Assembly (NCBI GenBank): GCA_031257115.1
Contig: JAIRPF010000044.1
Location: forward strand, 9,761-73,760
Length of the DNA stretch: 64,000 bases
Origin: Accumulibacter sp.
Lineage (GTDB): Bacteria; Pseudomonadota; Gammaproteobacteria; Burkholderiales; Rhodocyclaceae
Direction of reading: 5' to 3'
Shown: positions 40,038 through 49,315 of the stretch, one piece after another
Numbering within the stretch: position 1 is the stretch's first letter
Layout: the number at the start of each line of letters is the position of its first letter
Made by a program: the position numbers and the translations under genes
The notes under the pieces: generated by a model
Seen by the model: only the letters and a program-made list of their open reading frames with translations
Told to the model about the DNA's origin: nothing
The model's database searches: none

Positions 40038-40657
40038 ATCATGTAGAGGATGGCGTTGACGATGCAGGCCGCGATCGCGCTGCCCCCCTTGCGCCCGCGC
40101 GTGACGATGTGCGGCACGGCGAGTTTTTCCAGCGCCGCCTTCGATTCCGCCGCGCCGACGAAACCCACCGGCACGCCGATGACCAGCGCCGGCGCGAGAT
40201 CTCCGCGCGCGATCAATTCCCCCAGCGCGAACAGCGCCGTCGGCGCGTTGCCGATGGCGAAAACGCGGTTCGCGGCGTCCCGCGCCGCCTTGCGCATCGA
40301 GACCATCGCGCGGGTGATCCCCTCGGCCTCGGCTTCGGCGGCGACGTCGCCGTCGGCCATGAAACAGCGGATTTCGCCGCCGTGGCGGGAGAGCCGCGCC
40401 CGGTTGATGCCGGCGGCCGCCATGCGCGTGTCGGTCACGACATGCGCGCCCTCGCGTATCGCCGCCATGCCGGCCTCGATCGCGCCGTCGGAAATCCGCG
40501 TCAGATCGGCGAAATCGAAATCGGCGGTGGTATGGATGATCCGCTTGACGATCTTCGCCTCCGCCTCGCCGCGAAAGGCGCGCGGTCCGAGTTCCCCGGC
40601 GATGATCTCGAAGCTGCGGGTTTCGATGTCCCGCGGCGCGGTGATGTAATCGCTCAT
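40034..40657 (-). CDS. cbiC: cobalt-precorrin-8 methylmutase
   Basis: IETRSFEII, RIIHTTADF, IGNAPTAL, GVPVGFVGAAESK, GRKGGS. Confidence 0.95.
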   Translation of the reverse strand: MSDYITAPRDIETRSFEIIAGELGPRAFRGEAEAKIVKRIIHTTADFDFADLTRISDGAIEAGMAAIREGAHVVTDTRMAAAGINRARLSRHGGEIRCFMADGDVAAEAEAEGITRAMVSMRKAARDAANRVFAIGNAPTALFALGELIARGDLAPALVIGVPVGFVGAAESKAALEKLAVPHIVTRGRKGGSAIAACIVNAILYMM

Positions 40658-41046
40658 GATCCGGTCCGCCCGTCCAGCGCCTGCCGCGCCTCTCTGGCGC
40701 GTTCCTCGATGATGTCGGCGAGCCGCGCGTCCGCGCCGATCGGCCCGGTCATCACGAAACGCACGCCGGGATGCGCCCGGCGCAGGGCTTCGAGTTCCTC
40801 CGGAATGTCGAACTTGACGTGATTGCCGCTGAAAATGAACATCGGCATGACGACCATTTCCCGCACGCCCTCGTCCAGCAGGCGCTGCACCCCCTCGGCG
40901 AAGGTCGGGCGCGACAGTTGCAGCGAGCCGCTGGCGACGTGCTCGAAACTGCTGATTTCGCGCACGCGATCGACGATCTTCGCAAAAATCTCATCCGCCT
41001 CGGCGGCCTTGCTGCCGTGGCCGAGCACCAGCAAACCGGTTTTCAT
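40654..41046 (-). CDS. cbiX: sirohydrochlorin cobaltochelatase, short CbiX
   Basis: LVLGHGSK, PMFIFSGNHVKFDIP, PIGAD; about 130 aa single domain. Confidence 0.85.
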   Translation of the reverse strand: MKTGLLVLGHGSKAAEADEIFAKIVDRVREISSFEHVASGSLQLSRPTFAEGVQRLLDEGVREMVVMPMFIFSGNHVKFDIPEELEALRRAHPGVRFVMTGPIGADARLADIIEERAREARQALDGRTGS

Positions 41047-41214
41047 GTCAAACAAGAGAATTTCCAGCATCCGCCGGAATCGCCGGCGCGAAGCCGATGA
41101 CCGTCCCTCCGCGGTCAGGCGGCGCTCGACGCTAGGCTTCCGGAAAGGGGACGGGCTTCAGGCCATGAACACGGGCCGCGATGCCGAATCATCCTCCTGC
41201 CGGGACTTTTCGTC

Positions 41215-41420
41215 ACTCGTTCTGGCCGGTATCCGGGCTGGCGATGATCGACGCGCCCGCCTTACCATGAATTTTTCACAGTGGCCTTTGGGCGGTCCAG
41301 CCGGTCGAACCGGCTTTTCGCTTACCGTTGCGGGGACAGCACAGGTTGGCGCCTTGGCTTCCTGTTTCCCGTTTAACCGTCCGCCCCTGGGAGAGGAGGA
41401 CGAGCACCAAAACGGACGCA
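41215..41420 (-). ncRNA. cobalamin riboswitch
   Basis: Minus strand: GGTGC...TTAAACGGGAAACAGG...CCTGTGCTGTCCCCGCAACGGTAA...GCCACTG...GGTAAGG...AGCCCGGATACCGGCC. Confidence 0.9.
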
Positions 41421-41448
41421 CTCTAAGGCTTTGGCCAGCCGTTGTCAA
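41420..41448 (-). promoter_or_regulatory. sigma70 promoter of the cbi operon
   Basis: TTGACA-N17-TAGAGT on the minus strand, directly upstream of the riboswitch. Confidence 0.6.
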
Positions 41449-41621
41449 TCGGCGTTTACCGAATTCCCTTGCCTGGACGGGCCATCATTCCTGATGGAGG
41501 CGGCTCGCGCCCTGGCGATCCCCCGTGCCCATCCTGAGCGGGCGCGCGGGGCCGCCGCTTGCCGCGCGCCTTTTCCGCCTTCCGTAATGATCGGAAACGC
41601 GCCAAGCGGCGCGGTTCGGGG

Positions 41622-42653
41622 TCAGGGCGCGACGATAACCTTCATCAGTCCCGGTTCGCCCTTGTGCAGGCGGAAGAACCAGTCGGCGGCCTCGGCGAGC
41701 GGCACGACGGCCGAGATCATTTCGTCGACTTTCACCCGGCCGTTGGCGATCATGTCGAGGCAGGCCGGATATTCGCCGGCGGACGCGCAGGAGCCGGTGA
41801 TCCTGATCTGGCGCGTGACGATGACCTGCAACGGCACTTCGATCTTCGACGCGAAGTTGCCCACCAGGACGACCTGCCCGCCCTTGCGCACACCGCGAAC
41901 GGCGAGGTCGATCGTCGGCGTCGTGCCGACCGCTTCGACCGCCAGGTCCGGGCCGCGCCCGCGCGTCAGTTGCCTGATCTTGTCGGCGATGTCGGGATCC
42001 TTGCCGTTGATCGCGTGATCCGCGCCGAACTTCAGCGCCGCGTCGAGGCGCGACGGGTCGAGGTCGACGGCGATGATTTCGCCGCATCCCCGGATGCGCA
42101 GCGCCTGCACGACGAACAGCCCGATCATGCCGCAGCCGATCACCAGCGCGCTGTCGTTGATCTCGCTGTCGAGCAGGCCCACCGCGTGAAAGGCCACGGA
42201 AACCGGCTCGACCATCGCCGCCTGCTCGAAACTCAAGCCTTCCGGCAGGCGATAGAGAATCGATTGCGGCACCGCCACGAATTCGGCGAAAGCGCCATGC
42301 TGCCGGTATTCGTCGCACGAGACGCCGAGTACCCGGCGATAGTCGCTCAGGTTGAAGACGCCTTTCTGCGAGTAGAAATCCGGCCGCATGACGATCGTCG
42401 AATCGAAGGTGACGCGCTCGCCGACCTTCCAGTCGACGACGTTGCCGCCGACGCGCTCGATCACGCCGGCCGCCTCGTGCCCCATGATGATCGGCGGGAT
42501 GCGCCGCCCCGTGCTGCCGTCGATGCCGTGAGCGTCGCTGCCGCAGATGCCGCACGCCTTGACGCGGATCAGCACGTCCTCGGCGCCGATCTCCGGCACG
42601 GGGACGTCCTCATACGAAAACCGGTTGTATTCCTTCAGAACGAGTGCTTTCAC
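41622..42653 (-). CDS. Zn-dependent (sugar/polyol) dehydrogenase, MDR family
   Basis: GICGSD, MGHEAAG, VEPVSVA, IGCGMIG. Confidence 0.88.
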   Translation of the reverse strand: MKALVLKEYNRFSYEDVPVPEIGAEDVLIRVKACGICGSDAHGIDGSTGRRIPPIIMGHEAAGVIERVGGNVVDWKVGERVTFDSTIVMRPDFYSQKGVFNLSDYRRVLGVSCDEYRQHGAFAEFVAVPQSILYRLPEGLSFEQAAMVEPVSVAFHAVGLLDSEINDSALVIGCGMIGLFVVQALRIRGCGEIIAVDLDPSRLDAALKFGADHAINGKDPDIADKIRQLTRGRGPDLAVEAVGTTPTIDLAVRGVRKGGQVVLVGNFASKIEVPLQVIVTRQIRITGSCASAGEYPACLDMIANGRVKVDEMISAVVPLAEAADWFFRLHKGEPGLMKVIVAP

Positions 42654-42679
42654 GGTGAATCTCCTTTTTCGTCATTTTT

Positions 42680-43816
42680 TCATTTCAGCGGCATCGCCGC
42701 GTATTGGCCGTAATCCTGGTCGGCCGCCTCCGGCGCGAGCGGAAACCTGACCGGCGCGCCGGTGCGCTGCGCGCGGTAGATCGCGGTGAAAATCTCCACC
42801 GTCCTGCGGCCGTCGTCTCCGGTGACCAGCGGCGGACGGTCTTCGATCACCGCGCGCAGGAAATCGCCGATCTGCAACTGGAAATAATGCCCGGTCGCGT
42901 CGGGCAGGCCATTGAAAAGCGCGCTGTCCTGCTTTTTCCATTGTTCGAGCAGGTCCTCCTCGCCGGGCACTGTCCACAAATCGTTGACCGGCGGCTCCAG
43001 AACCGAGGTCATGCCGGCGATGAACATCGCGCCGCCGTCGGTCTGCACGCCGACCGACGCGCCGTTCTGCCCATGCACGTGCACCTTGCCGAACAGTCCG
43101 GGCTTCTGCGAATTGCTGACCAGGACGTTGCCCAGCGCGCCGTTCTTGAAGCGGATCACCGCCACGGCCGAATCCTCCACCTCGATATAAGGATGGTTGA
43201 GGTTCGACCACGCGCCGTAGAGCGTGTCGACCGGCCCCATGAACCATTGCAGCAGGTCGAGCTGGTGCGGCGCCTGGTTGACCAGGACGCCGCCGCCTTC
43301 CGAGCGCCACTGGCCGCGCCAGGGATCGCTCGCGTAATACTTCTCGTCGCGCCAGCCGAGCATCGTCACCACGCCGAGCGCCGGCGCGCCGATTTTCCCC
43401 TCGTCGATGGCGCGCCGCATCCGCTGGACCGGCGCGTAGAAACGCCGCTGGCACACGAGACCCAGCTTCACCCCGGCCTCTTTCGCCGCGGCCAGCATGT
43501 CGTCGCAATCCCGCAGGGAGGACGCCAGCGGCTTTTCCACCAGAACGTGCGCGCCCGCCCGCGCGGCGGCGACGGCGGCGTCGCGGTGCGCCGGGTGCGG
43601 CGTACATACGATCACCGCCTCGACGCCGCCCCTGGCGACCATCTCGCCGACGTCGCAAAAGCCCTGGACGCCATAGCGTTCCGCGTATTTCCCGGCCTTC
43701 TCCGGACTGCGGCTGCAAACCGCCGCGAACCGCGCCTCGGGAACATTCTTCAGCGCCGCCGCGTGCAAATCGCTGACCTTGCCGCAACCGATGATGCCAA
43801 CCTTCACTTTTTCCAT
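42680..43816 (-). CDS. Gfo/Idh/MocA family oxidoreductase
   Basis: GIIGCG, CTPHPAH, VEKPLA, GGGVLVNQAPHQLD. Confidence 0.9.
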   Translation of the reverse strand: MEKVKVGIIGCGKVSDLHAAALKNVPEARFAAVCSRSPEKAGKYAERYGVQGFCDVGEMVARGGVEAVIVCTPHPAHRDAAVAAARAGAHVLVEKPLASSLRDCDDMLAAAKEAGVKLGLVCQRRFYAPVQRMRRAIDEGKIGAPALGVVTMLGWRDEKYYASDPWRGQWRSEGGGVLVNQAPHQLDLLQWFMGPVDTLYGAWSNLNHPYIEVEDSAVAVIRFKNGALGNVLVSNSQKPGLFGKVHVHGQNGASVGVQTDGGAMFIAGMTSVLEPPVNDLWTVPGEEDLLEQWKKQDSALFNGLPDATGHYFQLQIGDFLRAVIEDRPPLVTGDDGRRTVEIFTAIYRAQRTGAPVRFPLAPEAADQDYGQYAAMPLK

Positions 43817-44074
43817 GCCTACCCGCTCCTTTTCCGATCGAAATGTCTTGTCGAGGCCCATGAAACTTCCAGCGCCAGGCGGCTTGCCCGCTCCAACCGC
43901 GCCGTGTTTCACGGCCCGCGGCGCATCCGCTGGCGGAACGGCCTTTTATCGAGGCCGGAGTATACCGCCGATGAACCGGGGTTTGTCCCCGTCATGACGA
44001 TCGCGGCGCAGGAAATGGGCGCGTTCGTGAGCGCCACGCCCGGTATTCGCCACGATGCCGGAGTTTCGGGCAAG

Positions 44075-44102
44075 AAAAACCCAACCGATGACGGCTGGGG
44101 CT
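44075..44102 (-). terminator. probable intrinsic terminator
   Basis: Minus strand CCCCAGCCG-TCAT-CGGTTGGG followed by TTTTT. Confidence 0.45.
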
Positions 44103-44218
44103 TGGTCGGTGGTGGCGGACGGACACCGGTTCGATTCTGGCTCTGTCGAGTGAATGGCCGTGTAGCGGGGTGGCGAGGGAATGCGGGCAGAGCGCATCAG
44201 ATCTGCCGCTGCCAAACA

Positions 44219-45367
44219 TTACCGCGTAAGCAGATCGACGTAGGCTTGGTAGCTGTAGCTGCGGTTCTTCTTCTGGCCCGTCACTTCCACCACCACGTCC
44301 AGTTGCTCCAGCACCCGCACCGCCGCATTCGCCGTCGGGAACGTGGTATCCAGTTGCTGCCGCGCGCGCTCCACGGTGAAGCGCGGCATCATTGGCAGCC
44401 GTTCGAACAGCCGATAGGTGGCCGGGCTGGCCTTGGACGATTGCAGCAGCTTCCGGCGGTCGGCGGCAATCAGACTGGCGATGGCGATGATGCCGCGCTC
44501 GGCGTCCGCTGCCGCGACCGCCACCGCTTCCAGAAAGAACGACACCCACGATTCCCAATCGCCCTCGGTGCGGATGACCGAAAGGCGGCGGTAATACTCG
44601 GCCTGATGCTGCTTCAGGTAGCCGCTGAGGTACATCAACGGTTCAACCAGCAAGTTCCAGTGTTCCAGCAACGCTCCAATCAGCAGACGTCCGATGCGTC
44701 CGTTGCCATCCAGAAACGGATGGATGGTTTCAAACTGCGCATGGATCAGCGCGATTTTCACCAAGGGCGGAAGATCGCCTGCTTCCCCGTGGATGAATCG
44801 TTCCAAGCTGGATAGCAGTTCCGGCACACGCTCCGGCGGTGGCGGCACGAACACCGCATTACCCGGTCGCGTGCCGCCAATCCAGTTCTGCGAATGCCGC
44901 GGTTCGCCGGGTTGCTTGCCCGCGCCGCGCGCACCATCGAGCAACAGCCGGTGCGCATCGCACAGCAGGCGACCGCTGATTGGCAGACCTTTCGGGTCGC
45001 GCAGTTGTTCCCGCACCAAGCGGAATGCCCGCAGGTAATTGGTCACCTCGGCCACGTCGTCGGTGTTGCTGACCTTGAAGCCCGCTTCCTCGTCGAACAG
45101 GTCGGTCAGCGTGGCCTGCGTACCCTCGATCTGGGATGTGAGCAGGGCTTCCTTGCGCACGGCGCTGTAGAGCAGCCAGTCCACCGACGGCACCAAGCCG
45201 GATACGCCGGACAGCCGGGCCAGCGCCAGTTCCGCCTGCCGGTTCAGGTCAGTGAACGAGGCCGCCGCCAACGGCGGATCGGCAGGTGGCAGTGGATGCG
45301 GCACGAAAGCCCGCACCGACTCGCCAAGCGTCGTGGAGGTAGCGTAAGTGCCGGTAGCGCGGTTCAT
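44219..45367 (-). CDS. Fic family protein with C-terminal HTH
   Basis: HPFLDGNGRIGR Fic motif; SSQIEGTQ (class III inhibitory motif). Confidence 0.93.
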   Translation of the reverse strand: MNRATGTYATSTTLGESVRAFVPHPLPPADPPLAAASFTDLNRQAELALARLSGVSGLVPSVDWLLYSAVRKEALLTSQIEGTQATLTDLFDEEAGFKVSNTDDVAEVTNYLRAFRLVREQLRDPKGLPISGRLLCDAHRLLLDGARGAGKQPGEPRHSQNWIGGTRPGNAVFVPPPPERVPELLSSLERFIHGEAGDLPPLVKIALIHAQFETIHPFLDGNGRIGRLLIGALLEHWNLLVEPLMYLSGYLKQHQAEYYRRLSVIRTEGDWESWVSFFLEAVAVAAADAERGIIAIASLIAADRRKLLQSSKASPATYRLFERLPMMPRFTVERARQQLDTTFPTANAAVRVLEQLDVVVEVTGQKKNRSYSYQAYVDLLTR

Positions 45368-45392
45368 CTGGAGCCATTTTCATTGCGTCGTT

Positions 45393-45418
45393 TCACATTA
45401 AACCATGCTTTAATGTGA
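45393..45418. promoter_or_regulatory. inverted-repeat operator upstream of fic
   Basis: TCACATTAAA-N6-TTTAATGTGA. Confidence 0.55.
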
Positions 45419-45444
45419 TTCACCAGCATGAAAGCTGGCTTTAA

Positions 45445-46090
45445 TTATGGTGCCGGCGCGTGAAAGCTGATTTCGCTCATTTCGCGGCGCGCCTCGATTT
45501 GATACCCCATCGCCCGATAACCGCGCTGGCGGTTGGTCAGCGACCGCGGCAGTTGCACTTTCTCGAAATAGACCCGATTGGCAAGCGCCGCGGTCAAGGC
45601 GAGAGGCACGTCACTGGTCAACTTCCCGACCGGTGCGCTGCGCTGTTTCCACGGCGTAGCCAAATCTTCATCGTCGATGAAGGTCATGTCCAGCGGATAA
45701 ACACCGCCCGTCGCGCGCGGAATGGTCGGCTCGATGTCATGGGCGGGCATCGGTTCGATGGATGCGAGAAAGCCCCATTGATCGGGATGCGGCCGCAGGT
45801 CGGTATCGACGAACACGAAAAAGCCGTTCTCGCGGGGCTTGGAGATTTTCCAAGCCCTTGTGGGTGGTGGCGAAACACGGAACCGAACCCGTGTCCCGCA
45901 GCTCGTGTAAATAGTAACGCCTCCGGTTCTTTCGGAACGGTTTGGAGAACTTGGCCGTTTCGCGTCGCCTGCTGGCCGCCATTGAGCGAACGAACCCATC
46001 ACGCGCATCAGCACGTCCCGTCGCGTCAGCGGCATGCAACTCGCTCACGGTGATGAAATTTTCCATCTTCGATCGCTTATGGTCGCCAAT
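45445..46090 (-). pseudogene. remnant of a TOTE-type primase/DEAD helicase gene
   Basis: Fragments KPRENGFFVFVDTDLRPHPDQWGFLAS...DDEDLATPW...LANRVYFEK recognised from that family; the pieces are discontinuous and the helicase part is absent. Confidence 0.55.
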
Positions 46091-46140
46091 ATGAAAGTTT
46101 TGCACTATCCTGCCGTTCTTTACCACCGACTGACCGATCC

Positions 46141-46344
46141 ATGCCCAAGAACAGTAGCGAAAGCGGAATCCTGACGATCAAGGATGTCGCCGAGTACCTG
46201 AAGGTCACGGAGCGGACGATCTACCGGCTCGCGGCAGCCAAGAAGATCCCCGGCTTCAAAGTTGGCGGGATGTGGCGCTTCAGGCAGGCGGACATCGATG
46301 CTTGGATCGCCGCGCAAGCGAACAACGTGGAGGGAAGGGATTGA
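46141..46344 (+). CDS. excisionase-family (HTH_17) DNA-binding protein
   Basis: LTIKDVAEYLKVTERTIYRL...PGFKVGGMWRF. Confidence 0.85.
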   Translation: MPKNSSESGILTIKDVAEYLKVTERTIYRLAAAKKIPGFKVGGMWRFRQADIDAWIAAQANNVEGRD

Positions 46345-49280
46345 TCTCCGCCTACCACGCCAAATATTATGCCCACGAGCTGACGCGGCGGCACACCGCA
46401 GACGGCGTAGATCGCCTGTCGCAGTCGCTGTTCGACGCCAGCGTCGATCTGAACCCTCACCAGATCGAAGCGGCACTGTTCGCCATTCGGAACCCATTGC
46501 AGGAAGGCGTACTGCTGGCCGATGAAGTCGGCTTGGGCAAGACCATCGAAGCTGCGCTCGTGATCTGCCAGCACTGGGCCGAACGTCGCCGACGTTTGCT
46601 GGTGATCTGCCCCGCGAGCCTGCGAAAGCAGTGGGCACAGGAACTGCACGACAAGTTTGCCGTGCCATCCACCGTGGTGGATGCCGTCTCCCTGCGCAAG
46701 CAATCGGCGGGCGACTTTCTCGCCACCTTGCAGGGGTTGGTCGGCAAGACGGTCATCATCATGTCCTATCAGTTCGCCGCCAAGCTGGAGGCCGAACTGC
46801 GCGCCGTGCCGTGGGACATGGTGGTCATTGACGAAGCGCACAAGCTGCGCAATGCCCACCGCGCCAGCAATCGCACCGGGCAGGCGCTCAAGCGCGCGCT
46901 GGAAGGCCGCAAAAAGCTGCTGCTCACCGCTACGCCGTTGCAGAACTCGCTGATGGAGCTGTACGGCCTTTCCACGCTGATCGACGAACACCTGTTCGGC
47001 GATGAAGCCGCTTTCCGCAAGCAGTTCCTGAACAGCGGCACGGGCATGGACGAACTGCGCGAGCGCATCGCCAGTTTCGCCAAGCGCACCTTGCGGCGCG
47101 ACGTGCTGGAGTACATCAAATACACCGAGCGCAAGGCGCTGACACAACCGTTCAACCCCACTGACGACGAACAGGCGCTCTACGAGCGCATCTCGGCCTT
47201 CCTGCAAAAGGAAGACTCCTATGCCTTGCCCAAACAGCAGCGCCATCTCACCGCGCTGATCCTGCGCAAGCTGCTGGCTTCCAGTTCGCACGCGGTCTCC
47301 GCCACGCTCGTCACCATCCGCGAACGGCTGCAAGGATTGTTGACGGCGGGCAGGACGGAAGACGACGGCACAGAATTGGTCGAGCAGATCATCGCCGAGG
47401 ACGATCTGGAGCAGGACTATCTGGAAGAGGAAGCCAGCGAGGACGAGGCTGCGACCGACGACGGCGCACCCGCGTCCGGCGATGATGGCAAGCCGGATGC
47501 CGCAAGAGCAGCCAACGCCGTCCGCGCCGCCATCGCCGCCGAGATCGAGGAACTGACCGCCTTCATCGAAGCCGCGCAGGCGCTGCAAACCGACACCAAG
47601 GCGCAGGCGCTCTTGAAGGCGCTCTCGCTGGGTTTCGGCAAGATGGCCGAACTGCGCGCCCCGCGCAAAGCCATCATCTTCACGGAGTCCAAGCGCACAC
47701 AGGAATACCTGCATCGCTTCCTCTCCGCCAACGGCTACGCGGGTAAGCTGGCGCTATTCTCCGGTACCAACACGCACGAAGAATCCGCCGCCATCTACCA
47801 ACGCTGGCTGGAGGAATTCAAGGGCACGGATCGCGTCACCGGCTCGCCGCAGGTGGACAGGCGCACCGCGCTGATCGACCACTTCCGCAAGGACGACGGC
47901 ACGGGCGCGGAAATCATGATCGCCACCGAAGCCGCCGCCGAAGGCGTCAACCTTCAGTTCTGCGCGCTCATCATCAACTACGACCTGCCCTGGAACCCGC
48001 AGCGCGTTGAGCAGCGTATTGGCCGCTGCCACCGCTACGGCCAACGCTTCGACGTGGTGGTCATCAACTTCCTCAACACCCGCAATCAGGCCGATCAGCG
48101 CGTGCTGGAGCTGCTCACCAAAAAGTTCAATCTGTTCTCCGGCGTGTTCGGCGCGTCCGACGAAGTGCTGGGCCGCATCGAAGGCGGTCTCGACTTCGAG
48201 AAGCGCGTCCTCCTGATCTACGACACCTGCCGCAAGCCGGAAGACATCGAAGCCGCCTTCAACAAGCTGCAAACGGAACTGGAAGAAGCCATCGCCGACC
48301 GCATCAGGGAAACCCAGACGCAACTGCTGGAGAACTTCGACGAGGACGTTCACGACCGCCTTAAGCTGCGGCTGGACGAGGCCGAAGCCCGCCTCGACAA
48401 GCTGGGCCGCTGGTTCTGGGGCGTCACCCGCTACGCCTTGAGCGAGCGCGCCCGTTTCGACGAGCAGTCCTACGCTTTTTCCCTGAGCGCGCCGCCCGCT
48501 GGTATTGCCTCATTAGCCCCATCTGGCCGCTACCAGCTCATCCGTGGCGCGGCACAGCCGGACATGCTGGCGCACGCCTATCGCCTCAGCCACCCGCTGG
48601 GCGAATGGAGCATTAATGCAAGCCTCGGCGCATCCACGCCCACGGCCACCCTGAAACTGGACTACGGCAAGCACGGCGCGCGCATCTCCGTGGTCGAAAG
48701 ACTGCGGGGAAAAACCGGCTGGCTCACGCTGGCGCGGCTGGAAGTCAGCGCCTTCGAGACTACCGAGGCCTTGCTGTTTTCCGGCCTTACCGACGACGGC
48801 GATCCGCTGGATCAGGAAACCTGCGAAAAACTGATGAGCATTCCGGCGGCGGGCAAGCCCACCGCGCTCAACGCCGCCGTGCCGCCTATGCTGGCCGCCA
48901 ACAGCCAGCGCGCCGTGGCCGCCACCATTGCGCAGGTGCTGGAAGCCAACCAGCGCCTGTTCAATGAGGAGCGCGACAAGCTGGAACGCTGGGCCGACGA
49001 CAAACTGCTGGCCGCCGAAGAAGCCCTGAAGAACACCAAGGCGCGCATTGCCCAGTTGAAGCGCGATGGGCGCGGAGCCGCCACCTTGCAGGAGCAGGAC
49101 GGCATCCAGCGCGAGATCGCGGAACTGGAACGCAAGCAGCGCCGCCTGCGGCAGGAAATCTTCACCGTCGAGGACGAGATCATCGCCAAGCGCGACGAAC
49201 TCATTGCCTCGCTCCAGCAGCGCCTGCAAGAAAAGACATCCACCGATACCCTGTTCAGCATCCGCTGGCGGGTGTCGTGA
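46341..49280 (+). CDS. SNF2-family helicase with C-terminal coiled coil
   Basis: LADEVGLGKT, IDEAH, LTATPLQN, ATEAAAEGVNLQ, YDLPWNPQRVEQRIGR. TTG start overlaps the HTH stop. Confidence 0.92.
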   Translation: MISAYHAKYYAHELTRRHTADGVDRLSQSLFDASVDLNPHQIEAALFAIRNPLQEGVLLADEVGLGKTIEAALVICQHWAERRRRLLVICPASLRKQWAQELHDKFAVPSTVVDAVSLRKQSAGDFLATLQGLVGKTVIIMSYQFAAKLEAELRAVPWDMVVIDEAHKLRNAHRASNRTGQALKRALEGRKKLLLTATPLQNSLMELYGLSTLIDEHLFGDEAAFRKQFLNSGTGMDELRERIASFAKRTLRRDVLEYIKYTERKALTQPFNPTDDEQALYERISAFLQKEDSYALPKQQRHLTALILRKLLASSSHAVSATLVTIRERLQGLLTAGRTEDDGTELVEQIIAEDDLEQDYLEEEASEDEAATDDGAPASGDDGKPDAARAANAVRAAIAAEIEELTAFIEAAQALQTDTKAQALLKALSLGFGKMAELRAPRKAIIFTESKRTQEYLHRFLSANGYAGKLALFSGTNTHEESAAIYQRWLEEFKGTDRVTGSPQVDRRTALIDHFRKDDGTGAEIMIATEAAAEGVNLQFCALIINYDLPWNPQRVEQRIGRCHRYGQRFDVVVINFLNTRNQADQRVLELLTKKFNLFSGVFGASDEVLGRIEGGLDFEKRVLLIYDTCRKPEDIEAAFNKLQTELEEAIADRIRETQTQLLENFDEDVHDRLKLRLDEAEARLDKLGRWFWGVTRYALSERARFDEQSYAFSLSAPPAGIASLAPSGRYQLIRGAAQPDMLAHAYRLSHPLGEWSINASLGASTPTATLKLDYGKHGARISVVERLRGKTGWLTLARLEVSAFETTEALLFSGLTDDGDPLDQETCEKLMSIPAAGKPTALNAAVPPMLAANSQRAVAATIAQVLEANQRLFNEERDKLERWADDKLLAAEEALKNTKARIAQLKRDGRGAATLQEQDGIQREIAELERKQRRLRQEIFTVEDEIIAKRDELIASLQQRLQEKTSTDTLFSIRWRVS

Positions 49281-49315
49281 ACCCTGAATCACAAGATCAA
49301 AGAAATGAGTCCGCC

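Noticed and set aside
44105-44190. Complete tRNA gene
   Set aside because: Only a CCGCCA(CCA)-like end is present; no cloverleaf or T-loop consensus can be built.
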